64,000 bases of DNA. It comes from Gammaproteobacteria bacterium (lineage in GTDB: Bacteria; Pseudomonadota; Gammaproteobacteria; UBA4575). Below, piece after piece: positions 1 to 10,159 of this stretch (positions within the stretch are counted from its first letter, which is position 1; the number at the start of each line of letters is the position of its first letter). Below the pieces are notes generated by a model. It did not search any database. It saw nothing but the letters and a program-made list of their open reading frames with translations, and had not been told where the DNA came from. The DNA is taken from contig CBDCUI010000008.1 in assembly GCA_965222615.1 (NCBI GenBank), positions 128,001-192,000 of the forward strand. Reading direction: 5' to 3'. The position numbers were made by a program, and so were the translations under genes.

Positions 1-1446
1 ATCGGAACTTCCCATTAAATATTCATCCACTCCGCGTGCGGCACTGCGGCCCTCAGCAATGGCCCAGACAATTAGACTTTGGCCGCGATGCATATCACCA
101 GCAGTAAACACACCTTCAATATTGGTCATCCAATTTTGATCGCGTACTACATTACCGCGATTATCTAATTCGACATTTAATTGTTCCAACATTCCAGGCT
201 TTTCTGGGCCAAGAAAGCCCATCGCCAATAGCACTAAATCACAAGGTAATGTTTCATTGCTACCTGGAACTTCTTCTAGGGTTAAGCGTCCGCCATTGAC
301 TGTAGCGCGCCCGTCAACATTAACCATCTCGACTCGCACCAATTCTAAGCCTTTAACATTTCCAGCTTCATCGCCAATGAAGCGTTTGGTGGATACAGAA
401 TAACAGCGTTCAACGCCTTCCTCGTGAGCGGATGCAGTACGGAAAATGCGTGGCCACTCGGGCCATGGATTATCTTCTGCACGTGTTGTGGGAGGTTTCG
501 GCATGATTTCCAATTGATGTATCGATAGCGCGCCTTGACGGTTAGCAGTACCTAAACAATCGGCGCCCGTGTCACCGCCACCAATGATGACTACGTGCTT
601 GTCTTCAGCAGTAATAAAGTTTTCCGGCCTAGCATCACCTTCGCAAATTTTATTTTGCATGGGTAAATATTCTATCGCCTGATGAATGCCTTTTAACTCC
701 CTACCTTCGACTGGTAAATCTCTTGGTTGGCAAGCTCCACCTGTCAAAACCAATGCGTCGAAATTATCGCGGAGATCTTCAACAGCAATATTTTCTCCTA
801 CATGTGCATTGGTTTTAAACTGTACACCTTCAGCCTGCATTTGTTCCAGGCGCCGATCTAATACACGTTTTTCCATTTTGAACTCAGGAATTCCATAACG
901 CAGCAAGCCACCGATACGATTGGCACGTTCAAATACAGTAACTTCATGACCAGCGCGTGCAAGTTGTTGAGCCGCAGCTAAACCGGCAGGACCGGAACCA
1001 ATAACGGCGACCTTCTTGCCAGTTTTGCTACTGGCTATCTGTGGCTGCACCCAGCCATTTTCCCAAGCCTTATCAATAATCGTAAGTTCAACACCTTTGA
1101 TGGTGACTGGGTCATCATTAATGCCTAACACACATGAGCCTTCGCATGGTGCAGGGCACAGTGTGCCTGTGAATTCTGGAAAGTTATTGGTAGCATGCAG
1201 TCTTTTGATGGCGTCTTGCCACTGATCTCGATATACCAAGTCGTTCCAATCAGGAATTAAATTACCTAATGGACAACCTTCGTGACAAAATGGAATACCG
1301 CAGTCCATGCAACGCGCGGCTTGATCTTTTAAAGGATCAATTTGCCATGGCGCCATCACTTGATTCCAATCACGAATGCGTTCTTCGATAGGACGGTATG
1401 GCTGTTTGGCGCGTGTATACTCCATGAAGCCAGTGATTTTAGCCAT
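1..1446 (-). CDS. gltD: Glutamate synthase small (beta) subunit, 3' end runs off the window
   Basis: Not in ORF track. Manual translation from ATG at 1446 gives MAKITGFMEY...QAARCMDCGIPFCHEGCPLGNLIPDWNDLV...NNFPEFTG, later VIGSGPAGLAAA. GGAG SD upstream; lies directly downstream of gltB. Confidence 0.96.
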   Translation of the reverse strand, partial: MAKITGFMEYTRAKQPYRPIEERIRDWNQVMAPWQIDPLKDQAARCMDCGIPFCHEGCPLGNLIPDWNDLVYRDQWQDAIKRLHATNNFPEFTGTLCPAPCEGSCVLGINDDPVTIKGVELTIIDKAWENGWVQPQIASSKTGKKVAVIGSGPAGLAAAQQLARAGHEVTVFERANRIGGLLRYGIPEFKMEKRVLDRRLEQMQAEGVQFKTNAHVGENIAVEDLRDNFDALVLTGGACQPRDLPVEGRELKGIHQAIEYLPMQNKICEGDARPENFITAEDKHVVIIGGGDTGADCLGTANRQGALSIHQLEIMPKPPTTRAEDNPWPEWPRIFRTASAHEEGVERCYSVSTKRFIGDEAGNVKGLELVRVEMVNVDGRATVNGGRLTLEEVPGSNETLPCDLVLLAMGFLGPEKPGMLEQLNVELDNRGNVVRDQNWMTNIEGVFTAGDMHRGQSLIVWAIAEGRSAARGVDEYLMGSSD

Positions 1447-1461
1447 ATCCTAACTCCTTAT

Positions 1462-1613
1462 TATGGGAGCTCTGATTTATTAATGAAATGCCTGAGATTA
1501 GGCAAAAAGATTTTGAAAAAACGGAGTGTATAGAGGAATACATGAGTATTTTGAAAAATCTTTACTAATTTATCTTTTTTTGGGACATATCAGAATAAAT
1601 CAGAGTTTCCATA
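1462..1613. repeat. MITE-like palindromic element between gltB and gltD
   Basis: Terminal inverted repeat TATGGGAGCTCTGATTTATT / AATAAATCAGAGTTTCCATA (18/20 complementary), nested inner arms, central CGGAGTGTATA-N4-AATACATGAG core. Confidence 0.75.
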
Positions 1614-1614
1614 G

Positions 1615-4600
1615 TTATCCGTGTGCGGCTTCCATTACGGCTTCATCTACCGAAGTACCTTCAGCTTCTGCTTTTTTAATTGCAGCAAGTACGCGTTTGT
1701 AATCCTTAGGCATCACTTTTATAAATTTTGCTAAGTGATTTTTCCAGTCATCTAAAATATTTTTAGCAACGGTACTCTTAGTGTATTCGACATGTTTCGT
1801 GAGTAAAATTTTTATAGTTTTTATATCTTCTTCATCAGGTTCGTCCAAATCTACCATGTCTGTATTGCATTGAATCTCAAAGTTTTCTTTCTCAGCTAAT
1901 ACGTAAGCTATGCCGCCCGACATGCCAGCCGCAAAGTTACGACCCGTCGGTCCTATTACAACAACACGACCTCCAGTCATGTATTCACAGCCGTGATCAC
2001 CAACACCTTCTACTACGGCACTCACACCACTGTTACGCACACAAAAACGTTCGCCAGCGATGCCTCGAATGTAGGCTTCACCCGAAGTTGCGCCATACAA
2101 CAACACATTACCAACAATAATATTTTCTTCCGCAACAAAAGTTGAAGGACGTGGTGGATACACAATGATTTTGCCACCAGAAAGTCCTTTGCCTAAGTAA
2201 TCATTCGCATCACCTTCTAAGGTCAAAGTTACTCCCTTCGGTACAAAGGCACCAAAACTCATGCCTGCAGAACCATTAAAGTGCACACGAATGGTGTCTT
2301 CCGGTAAACCTTCCGCACCGTAACGTTTAGTGATGTGGTGTCCTAGAATTGTACCTACAGTACGGTTGGTGTTTTGTATTGGCAAAATAATGTCTACGGG
2401 TTTGCTGCCCTCGATAGCGTCTTTGCAAAGAGGTATTAATGTCGTTACGTCTAAAGATTTATCTAGGCCATGGTCTTGTTCTGTAGCGCAGTACATTTCT
2501 GTACCCATAATATTTTCTGGCTTGTGTAAAATACTACTGAAATCTAAACCGCGCGCTTTCCAGTGATCGACTGCAGGGGTTACATCCAATTTTTCAACAT
2601 GTCCGATCATTTCATCCATCGTGCGGTAGCCTAGTTGTGCCATGTACTCACGCACCTCTTCGGCGATAAACTTAAAAAAGTTTTCAACAAATTCAGGTTG
2701 ACCACCAAATTTTTTTGTCAATTCTGGATTTTGTGTTGCCACACCTACTGGGCAAGTATTCAGATGACATACACGCATCATAATGCAGCCCATTACCACT
2801 AAAGGCGCTGTGGAAAATCCAAACTCTTCTGCACCTAATAATGCCGCAACGATGACGTCACGACCGGTTTTCAATTGACCGTCCGTTTGTACTACGATGC
2901 GATCACGTAAACCGTTTTGTATGAGTACTTGTTGTGTTTCCGCAAGACCAAGTTCCCATGGAAGACCAGCATGTTTTAAAGAGCTCATTGGTGAGGCACC
3001 GGTGCCGCCATCGTACCCAGAAATCAATACAACATCGGAATGCGCCTTGGCGACCCCTGCGGCTACAGTACCGACACCGACTTCGGCCACCAGTTTTACA
3101 TGTATACGTGCATCAGGATTTGAATTTTTTAAGTCATGAATCAGTTGCGCTAAATCCTCAATGGAATAAATATCGTGATGTGGTGGAGGTGATATGAGCC
3201 CAACACCAGGTGTGGAGCCGCGTACTTTAGCGATCCAAGGGTATACCTTGGTACCAGGAAGCTGTCCACCTTCACCAGGTTTTGCGCCTTGTGCCATCTT
3301 GATTTGTATATCGTCGGCATTTACTAAGTATTCGCTGGTGACACCAAAACGACCTGATGCAACTTGTTTAATTGCGCTCCTGCGTAAGTCACCGTTGTCA
3401 TCTGCAACATAACGATCAGGATCTTCACCACCTTCGCCGGTATTTGATTTACCACCAATACGATTCATCGCAATCGCTAAGGTTTCGTGTGCTTGTTTAC
3501 TGATAGACCCATAGGACATAGCGCCGGTTGAAAAGCGTTTCATTATATTTTCAATTGGTTCGACTTCTTCGATGGGGATCGGCTGTTTAGCCATTTTAAA
3601 TTCAAACAATCCACGTAAAGTGGCACGGTGTTCATTTTGATTGTTTACCTTGTCGGTATACTCTTTAAAAATATTGAACTGACCTGTACGCGTAGAGTGT
3701 TGTAATTTAAAAACGGTTTCAGGATTAAACAAATGGTATTCGCCATCACGACGCCATTGATATTCACCACCCCATTCCAAATCTGGTCGCTTGCTTGGAC
3801 GATCAGGAAAGGCATTGTGATGACGAATGCTTGTCTCTTGAGCAATTTCTTTTAAGCCAATGCCACCAATTCGTGAAGCCGTCCAAGTGAAGTATTGATC
3901 AACAAACTCTTTGTTCAAACCTATGGCTTCAAAGATTTGTGCGCCACGATAAGACTGTACAGTAGAGATACCCATCTTCGACATGGTTTTCGTCAGGCCT
4001 TTATTTATTGCTTTTATAAAGTTTTTAACAGCCTTCTCATGCTGCATTTCAGGTAAGTGACCTTTACCAATCATGTCTCCAAGCGATTCAAATGCAAGAT
4101 AGGGATTTACGGCGCAAATACCATAACCAATCAATACCGCGAAATGATGTACTTCACGTGGCTCGCCTGATTCAAGAATCAACCCCACTTTGGTACGTGC
4201 ACCGGTACGAATTAAATGATGATGTACACCTGCAGTGGCTAATAATGCCGGGATGGCTGCTAGTTCTTGAGTGATACCACGGTCTGAAAGAATGATATTG
4301 GTGTAGCCCTCATCAATTGCAGTATCAACCTGAGTACAAACTTTTTGCAAGGCTTGGTCTAAACCTGGCCCACCTTCGGAAACAGGATAAAGAATAGAAA
4401 TTGTTTTGGTTTTTAGTCCTGTCAGATTTACATCGCGTATGCGAGCGAGTTCATCATTGCTGAGTACTGGTGAAGGTATTTTAATTTGTCGACAACTCTC
4501 AGGTGTAGGGTTTAACAAATTTTTCTCAGGCCCAACCGTAGTTGCCACTTGTGTCACTAATTCTTCTCGAATGCCGTCTAGTGGAGGATTAGTGACTTGT

Positions 4601-6180
4601 GCAAATAATTGTTTGAAGTAGTCATATAGTAGTCGAGAGCGATTCGATAATACCGCCAAGGCTGCATCAGTTCCCATAGAACCTGTTGGCTCCATGCCAT
4701 TGGCTGCCATCGGTGCCATTAAAACTTTTAAGTCCTCATGGGTGTAGCCAAACGCTTGTTGGCGTTGCAACAGGGTTTCTTTATCTGAGCCATGAATTTG
4801 TTTGGGATTAGGCAAGTTTTCAATGGCAACCAGATTTTCTTTTAACCATTCGGCATACGGGTGTTCTTCAACAAATTCTTTTTTAATCTCTTCATCGTCA
4901 ATAATACGGCCCTGTTTGGTGTCTACCATAAAGATACGCCCGGGATGCAAGCGATCTTTAATCAATACATTTTCCGGTGCAATATCAAGCACACCTACCT
5001 CAGAGGCCATGACCACCATGTCATCTTTAGTGACATAATAGCGGGAAGGTCTTAAACCATTTCGATCTAACACAGCACCGATTACTTCGCCGTCCGTGAA
5101 TGCAATCGATGCTGGACCATCCCAGGGTTCCATTAAGCAGGCGTGATATTCATAAAATGCTTTACGTGTTGCATCCATTGTTTCATGGCCACTCCATGCT
5201 TCAGGAATCATCATTAAAATTGCATGCTGTAAGGGTCGGCCACTCATATGCAAAAATTCCATCGCATTATCAAAAGTAGCAGAATCACTGCCGCCTTCAA
5301 TCACTATTGGGAAAAGTTTTTGCAGATCATCATCACTGAATAGTTCGGATTTGCATAATGATTCACGTGCATGCATCCAGTTAGTGTTACCGCGAACCGT
5401 ATTGATTTCTCCGTTATGACAGAGATATCTAAACGGTTGTGCTAAATCCCAGGAAGGAAAGGTATTAGTTGAAAAACGTTGGTGTACTAAAGCAAGAGCA
5501 GATTCAAAATCTGACTCCGAGATGTCTGGAAACATCGGTTCAAACTGGGAACCAGTCAGCATGCCTTTGTATACACATGTGCGGTATGAAAGAGATGGGA
5601 TATAAAACTTATTTTTTTCTGATAAATCAGAATTTAAAATAATATGCTCTATACGTTTACGAATAATATAGAGTTTACGTTCAAAAACCGCTGCATCTTT
5701 TATGTCACTATTGCGGCCAATAAAAATTTGTTTAAAGTGTGGTTCACCAGCTTGCGCCATAGATCCTAAAGGTGAATCATCAGTTGGAACATCACGCCAT
5801 CCTAAAACCTGCTGTCCTTCTTCCTCAACAATTTGGTTGAATTGATCAATGCAGTTTTGTTGCTGTGCGGCATCATTAGGCAGGAACACCATGCCTGCAC
5901 CGTAGTGTCCATATTCAGGCAACGCTATATTTAGTTCATGGCAGATACGCGTGAAGAATTTATGTGGCATTTGAATAAGCATGCCCACGCCATCACCGGT
6001 GTTTTCTTCACAACCACATGCGCCACGGTGAATCAGGTTTTTTAAGATGGTTACCGCATTTTCAACTATTTGGTGTGATTGACGTCCTTTGATGTCAACA
6101 ACAAAGCCTACTCCACAGGCATCATGTTCATAACATGGATCGTATAGACCTTGGGATGACGGGATATTGTTTATTCTCAT
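1615..6180 (-). CDS. gltB: Glutamate synthase large (alpha) subunit
   Basis: HDACGVGF N-terminal amidotransferase Cys, [37 protein letters not shown] [3Fe-4S] motif, C-terminal GXGXG repeats; 1521 aa. Confidence 0.98.
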   Translation of the reverse strand: MRINNIPSSQGLYDPCYEHDACGVGFVVDIKGRQSHQIVENAVTILKNLIHRGACGCEENTGDGVGMLIQMPHKFFTRICHELNIALPEYGHYGAGMVFLPNDAAQQQNCIDQFNQIVEEEGQQVLGWRDVPTDDSPLGSMAQAGEPHFKQIFIGRNSDIKDAAVFERKLYIIRKRIEHIILNSDLSEKNKFYIPSLSYRTCVYKGMLTGSQFEPMFPDISESDFESALALVHQRFSTNTFPSWDLAQPFRYLCHNGEINTVRGNTNWMHARESLCKSELFSDDDLQKLFPIVIEGGSDSATFDNAMEFLHMSGRPLQHAILMMIPEAWSGHETMDATRKAFYEYHACLMEPWDGPASIAFTDGEVIGAVLDRNGLRPSRYYVTKDDMVVMASEVGVLDIAPENVLIKDRLHPGRIFMVDTKQGRIIDDEEIKKEFVEEHPYAEWLKENLVAIENLPNPKQIHGSDKETLLQRQQAFGYTHEDLKVLMAPMAANGMEPTGSMGTDAALAVLSNRSRLLYDYFKQLFAQVTNPPLDGIREELVTQVATTVGPEKNLLNPTPESCRQIKIPSPVLSNDELARIRDVNLTGLKTKTISILYPVSEGGPGLDQALQKVCTQVDTAIDEGYTNIILSDRGITQELAAIPALLATAGVHHHLIRTGARTKVGLILESGEPREVHHFAVLIGYGICAVNPYLAFESLGDMIGKGHLPEMQHEKAVKNFIKAINKGLTKTMSKMGISTVQSYRGAQIFEAIGLNKEFVDQYFTWTASRIGGIGLKEIAQETSIRHHNAFPDRPSKRPDLEWGGEYQWRRDGEYHLFNPETVFKLQHSTRTGQFNIFKEYTDKVNNQNEHRATLRGLFEFKMAKQPIPIEEVEPIENIMKRFSTGAMSYGSISKQAHETLAIAMNRIGGKSNTGEGGEDPDRYVADDNGDLRRSAIKQVASGRFGVTSEYLVNADDIQIKMAQGAKPGEGGQLPGTKVYPWIAKVRGSTPGVGLISPPPHHDIYSIEDLAQLIHDLKNSNPDARIHVKLVAEVGVGTVAAGVAKAHSDVVLISGYDGGTGASPMSSLKHAGLPWELGLAETQQVLIQNGLRDRIVVQTDGQLKTGRDVIVAALLGAEEFGFSTAPLVVMGCIMMRVCHLNTCPVGVATQNPELTKKFGGQPEFVENFFKFIAEEVREYMAQLGYRTMDEMIGHVEKLDVTPAVDHWKARGLDFSSILHKPENIMGTEMYCATEQDHGLDKSLDVTTLIPLCKDAIEGSKPVDIILPIQNTNRTVGTILGHHITKRYGAEGLPEDTIRVHFNGSAGMSFGAFVPKGVTLTLEGDANDYLGKGLSGGKIIVYPPRPSTFVAEENIIVGNVLLYGATSGEAYIRGIAGERFCVRNSGVSAVVEGVGDHGCEYMTGGRVVVIGPTGRNFAAGMSGGIAYVLAEKENFEIQCNTDMVDLDEPDEEDIKTIKILLTKHVEYTKSTVAKNILDDWKNHLAKFIKVMPKDYKRVLAAIKKAEAEGTSVDEAVMEAAHG

Positions 6181-6574
6181 ACTCGATTCAAGACAAATTA
6201 TTATTCTTACTATATTAAGGGTTTTACACGTTAATCTATCTACTACTAAAAGAAGGTAAATAGTAAAAAAATAAATCTACATGAGTATATTGCCATAGAA
6301 AAACACTGACTTATCTCATGATGTCCATGCAAAGGGCCGCGAATTATAAAGCAGACAAAGGATCAGGACTATTATCCTTAATTATGGTGTGTTTATTTAT
6401 TATGTAAAATGATTATGATACAAGTCACTAATTCTGTAATGAAATGCACAGCACAGCAAGCGAAACGTCGCAATAATAAAGGATTAGAACAGCCGTATGG
6501 CATAAAAGAGTTGGTTTCTAAGGGACGCTATACCTGTAGAAAGCAAGGATATTTTTCAAGGAGGGACATCTCAC

Positions 6575-6712
6575 ATGAAGCAAAAAAACCATTTGCATTC
6601 AAATCGATCTGCGCCAGATCTTTCTAGACCTGCCGTATTTGTGAACAATTCTCAAAAAAAGAATAAACCAGAAAACCAAACAGCGACAAAAGAAAAGCTA
6701 TCGCAAAAATAA
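6575..6712 (+). CDS. Putative small basic hydrophilic protein (45 aa)
   Basis: AGGAGGGA SD then ATG; MKQKNHLHSNRSAPDLSRPAVFVNNSQKKNKPENQTATKEKLSQK*; hairpin follows at about 6723-6749. No family recognised. Confidence 0.4.
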   Translation: MKQKNHLHSNRSAPDLSRPAVFVNNSQKKNKPENQTATKEKLSQK

Positions 6713-6815
6713 ATTCAAAACACTGGGTCCAAGAGATCGCTAGACCTAGTGCTAGCAATAATTTTATTATTTCCTTGCTAAGCAAATTGATGCATTAGCA
6801 TAAATCAGAGCTTTG

Positions 6816-7004
6816 TTAGGCGTTGGCAAGGTACAGTGCCACTAAAATAAGCAATACTGCAGATCCTTGCAGGATAGTACGTGCCCACATGAACTTCTCA
6901 CTGGCGTCCTTGTCTAGTGAACCTCCAATCCCCATTGATAATAGGCCCAAGCCTAGCGCAGCAATGGTTGCAAGTAATGCCAGAACTATAATTATATTTA
7001 ACAT
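6816..7004 (-). CDS. Twin-transmembrane-helix small protein (HIG1-like)
   Basis: Two hydrophobic helices with SEKFMWARTILQG motif; GGGAGG SD supports ATG at 7004 rather than 7025. Confidence 0.8.
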   Translation of the reverse strand: MLNIIIVLALLATIAALGLGLLSMGIGGSLDKDASEKFMWARTILQGSAVLLILVALYLANA

Positions 7005-7076
7005 TGTTGTTTTCCTCCCTAACAACAGTGAGTAAATTATGCCATGCTATAAATGACAAACCAAATACGGATACTT

Positions 7077-7529
7077 TTAATACAAACCAGGAATAAATCG
7101 TTTAGTTTGTTGTTGATATGTTGAATAACCAACAAACTTATTGCTTAACAAGGTTTCTTCAGTATTTGCCTTGCAAATTACTGCCAAAATCACCATGGCC
7201 AGTCCAATAAAATTTAATTCATGATAATTGAATAAAGCAATACCCCCCATCATTAGGATCAAACTCACATACATCGGATGGCGCACATATCGATAGGGGC
7301 CTGAAGTAATTAATCTTGCTTGCGGTTTCGGTTCAGGATATACGCTGAAATTACCAATCTGATTATAAAATAGTGTAGTAATTCCCAATATTATTCCTAG
7401 CGCACACAAGATAAGCCAATAAAAGCTGCCAGAATTTTTTAGGCCGACGGGAATACAACTCAATGCAATTCCACTCATTTGAATAAATACTAGTATATGG
7501 CTTGTAAGCGGATGCTTATAAATTGACAT
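7077..7529 (-). CDS. Isoprenylcysteine carboxylmethyltransferase (ICMT/Ste14) family membrane protein
   Basis: LITSGPYRYVRHPMY, EE..L, Y..Y...TKRFIP motifs. Confidence 0.88.
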   Translation of the reverse strand: MSIYKHPLTSHILVFIQMSGIALSCIPVGLKNSGSFYWLILCALGIILGITTLFYNQIGNFSVYPEPKPQARLITSGPYRYVRHPMYVSLILMMGGIALFNYHELNFIGLAMVILAVICKANTEETLLSNKFVGYSTYQQQTKRFIPGLY

Positions 7530-7565
7530 ATAACTCGTAAAGAAAGATTAAATTTATGAACACGA

Positions 7566-8393
7566 CTAAGCATCAAGAATATTGATTACTTCATTGTTTG
7601 TATGAACAGACTCTTGATGCATTGATTCAAAATCAAATAATTCAGTATCAAGCAAGTGACTAGTGGTAATATTTTGCATAGAACGAAATATATTACGAAT
7701 ACGATCTGGGGATTGTTGGTCCCATTCAGTTAACATTTCTTTAATGCGATTTCGTTCCAAATTTGGTTTAGAACCACACAAGTTGCAGGGGATGATTGGA
7801 AAAGCACATCTTTTTGCATAGTTTGCGATGTCTTTTTCCCGACAGTACACTAAGGGACGAATCACAATATTTCGTTGATCATCGCTAACTAATTTTGGTG
7901 GCATAGTTTTGAGTCTTGAACCATGAAACATGTTTAAAAACATCGTTTCAACCAAATCATCCATATGGTGGCCTAGTGCAATTTTATTTGTATCTAGTTC
8001 TTGGGCCACGTTGTACAGTATTCCACGGCGTAATCGAGAACATAGCGAGCAAGTGGTTTTATCTGGTGCTATTTTTTCTTTAACAATACTATAAGTGTCA
8101 CGTTCGATAATGCGGTAATCCACACCAAGTTTTTCTAGATAGCTTGGTAAAATGTATTTTGGAAACCCAGGTTGCTTTTGATCGAGATTGACAACAACCA
8201 AATCAAATCTAACCGGTGCAACTGGCTGCAACCCCATTAACATGTCTAGTAAAGTATAAGAATCTTTGCCTCCAGAAAGGCATACCATGACTCGATCGCC
8301 ATCTTCGATCATATGGTAATCGCTAATTGCCTTGCCAGTCTGGCGTCTTAACTGCTTCTGAAGCTTAGTAAATCTTTGTGAATGTTGAGTCAT
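7566..8393 (-). CDS. ttcA: tRNA 2-thiocytidine(32) synthetase
   Basis: SGGKDS PP-loop, [22 protein letters not shown]. Confidence 0.95.
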   Translation of the reverse strand: MTQHSQRFTKLQKQLRRQTGKAISDYHMIEDGDRVMVCLSGGKDSYTLLDMLMGLQPVAPVRFDLVVVNLDQKQPGFPKYILPSYLEKLGVDYRIIERDTYSIVKEKIAPDKTTCSLCSRLRRGILYNVAQELDTNKIALGHHMDDLVETMFLNMFHGSRLKTMPPKLVSDDQRNIVIRPLVYCREKDIANYAKRCAFPIIPCNLCGSKPNLERNRIKEMLTEWDQQSPDRIRNIFRSMQNITTSHLLDTELFDFESMHQESVHTNNEVINILDA

Positions 8394-8429
8394 GTATTAG
8401 TGTGGTTACTAAATTTTTAAAGCACTACT

Positions 8430-8747
8430 TTACGCTATATTTACGCAAACAATAAAGCTCTGTAAGGTTATAAAACAGGAGCTTTCCCGGAAGGATCTAT
8501 CATAATATTTGATTTATTAGCCGCTACTATATAAGGCAATGCCATTGTTGAAAATACAAGAAAAATGCTTGGTGTTATGGAAAAAGACTCAAAACGATTT
8601 GCAGATACTACTGGTTGGAGTTTCGAAGGTTTTGTGGCGGGTGAATCAGAAAATAGAACAGTTGGAAAAAATTACAAAGATGCATGTTTTGTATGTCACA
8701 CAGCACAAAAAGATAATGACTATGTATTTAGTACGTGGAGAGAATAA
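8430..8747 (+). pseudogene. Cytochrome P460/c'-beta family pseudogene
   Basis: Single frame reads IYANNKAL*GYKTGAFPEGSIIIFDLLAATI*GNAIVENTRKMLGVMEKDSKRFADTTGWSFEGF...CFVCH...DYVFS; TAA at 8463 and 8532; no N-terminus or signal peptide. Confidence 0.8.
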
Positions 8748-8753
8748 TCTACA

Positions 8754-9455
8754 TTAACCTTCACCTTCACCGTCTTGTTTTGTGTCGTTATCTATTTTAT
8801 TCCATGCATCTCCAATAACAGGATCTTCTGTATCTTCATTTTCCCATTCATAGTGTTTAACCGCAGGAGCAGGGTCGCGTTTACGTAACAAAATTGCGCA
8901 AAGTACACCTAAGCCTGCTCCCCAGAGATGAGTCTCAAACGAAATTCCAACTTGATGTGGGAAAATTCCCCAGATCATCGTGCCATATAAGAAGAAAACT
9001 AATAATGACAATGCAATCGCAAGACGATCACGACGAAAAATTCCCACAATAAAAATAAAAAACATAAACCCATAGGTAAGACCGCTTGCACCAAAATGTA
9101 ATACGGGTCGTGCCGTAAACCACACACCTAAACCGGTGCCTAACCAGATGATAAGTACAACAATCCACCATGAACGTGGGTAGCCGAATATTAATGCTGT
9201 CCCCAATATAAGTAATGCAGGGGTATTTGATAACAAATGTTCAAATGAACCATGTATTAATGGTGCTGCAACAACGCCTACAAGCCCTTGGGTGCTGCTT
9301 GGATTAACACCTAGAGCCCATAAATTAAAGCCTGTAATATTGCTGACAATTTTAATTATCCATAAAAGTGCCGCGAAAATTAGCACGATTAGAAACGACC
9401 GTTTTAGACGAATAGGATCATATGAGGATGGAAGGTTACTGCGAGCACTAAGCAT
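8754..9455 (-). CDS. Rhomboid family intramembrane serine protease
   Basis: HGSFEHLLSN, GASG catalytic Ser, HLWG catalytic His, multiple TM helices. Confidence 0.92.
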   Translation of the reverse strand: MLSARSNLPSSYDPIRLKRSFLIVLIFAALLWIIKIVSNITGFNLWALGVNPSSTQGLVGVVAAPLIHGSFEHLLSNTPALLILGTALIFGYPRSWWIVVLIIWLGTGLGVWFTARPVLHFGASGLTYGFMFFIFIVGIFRRDRLAIALSLLVFFLYGTMIWGIFPHQVGISFETHLWGAGLGVLCAILLRKRDPAPAVKHYEWENEDTEDPVIGDAWNKIDNDTKQDGEGEG

Positions 9456-9515
9456 ATGAAGACAATACCTGCTTTAGGAAGCATAAATATGACAGATCTA
9501 TAGTAGTCTGCAAAC

Positions 9516-9550
9516 AAAAAAGCCCCACATCGGAATGTGAGGCTTTTTTT
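9516..9550. terminator. Bidirectional intrinsic terminator
   Basis: AAAAAAGCCCCACAT-CGGA-ATGTGAGGCTTTTTTT hairpin with A and T tails. Confidence 0.8.
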
Positions 9551-9567
9551 AGAGTATTTAAAGTGGG

Positions 9568-9891
9568 TTAATACAAATCAGAGACTAGATCATCTGCTTT
9601 GGCGGCGTGCTCAACTTTCTCGCATGACCAGCCCCAAGATTCTTGTTTTTCGACAAATTCTCTGGCTTTGTTTTCGCAATAACCGGCTTCGCTTTGGGCT
9701 GTCCACAGCGTTTGTACACCTTCACCTTTGTCATATTGAACTTCACAAGGTAGATGTTCTTCAGCGTTTTTATATAAAACACTAATGACTCTTTTCGCAT
9801 CACCATGGTTGCAGACATATTTTTCGCCAGCAAAACCTGTGACACAATAAAATAAGAATACACAAAATAATAAGACTGAATGGAATCGCAT
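9568..9891 (-). CDS. Secreted Cys-containing hypothetical protein
   Basis: Signal peptide ending GFA-G; YVC...LPCEVQY...LW.AQ...GYCE.KA...WGWSC pattern; start placed at MRFHS. Confidence 0.7.
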   Translation of the reverse strand: MRFHSVLLFCVFLFYCVTGFAGEKYVCNHGDAKRVISVLYKNAEEHLPCEVQYDKGEGVQTLWTAQSEAGYCENKAREFVEKQESWGWSCEKVEHAAKADDLVSDLY

Positions 9892-10159
9892 AATTACATC
9901 CTTATATTCCATTAAACATACACATATTGTCACGCTATGCGGGGAGTCATACCAGGGTAATACCTGCCGTTCATGCGAAACAAATAAACCATTTGAATAG
10001 TTTATTTTTTTATGACCGAGATTAGATTATTCAAGACCGATAACTGGTTGATGTTGATCGAGTATCGGTATCAGGTTGTGTGATCAAAAACGACTTAACT
10101 AAAAATAAATGAGTTGTTTGCTAAAATTAAAGGCTTTGTCAATAATGTTTGAAACGCAC

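Noticed and set aside
686-5055. Numerous 60-90 aa ORFs overlapping gltD and gltB (likewise inside nrdAB, rhs and other long genes)
   Set aside because: Antisense or off-frame shadows of long conserved genes, with no independent signals.
8463-8534. Stop-codon reassignment suggested by two in-frame TAA codons
   Set aside because: TAA ends many intact genes in this window and the gene also lacks its 5' end, so pseudogenisation is simpler.
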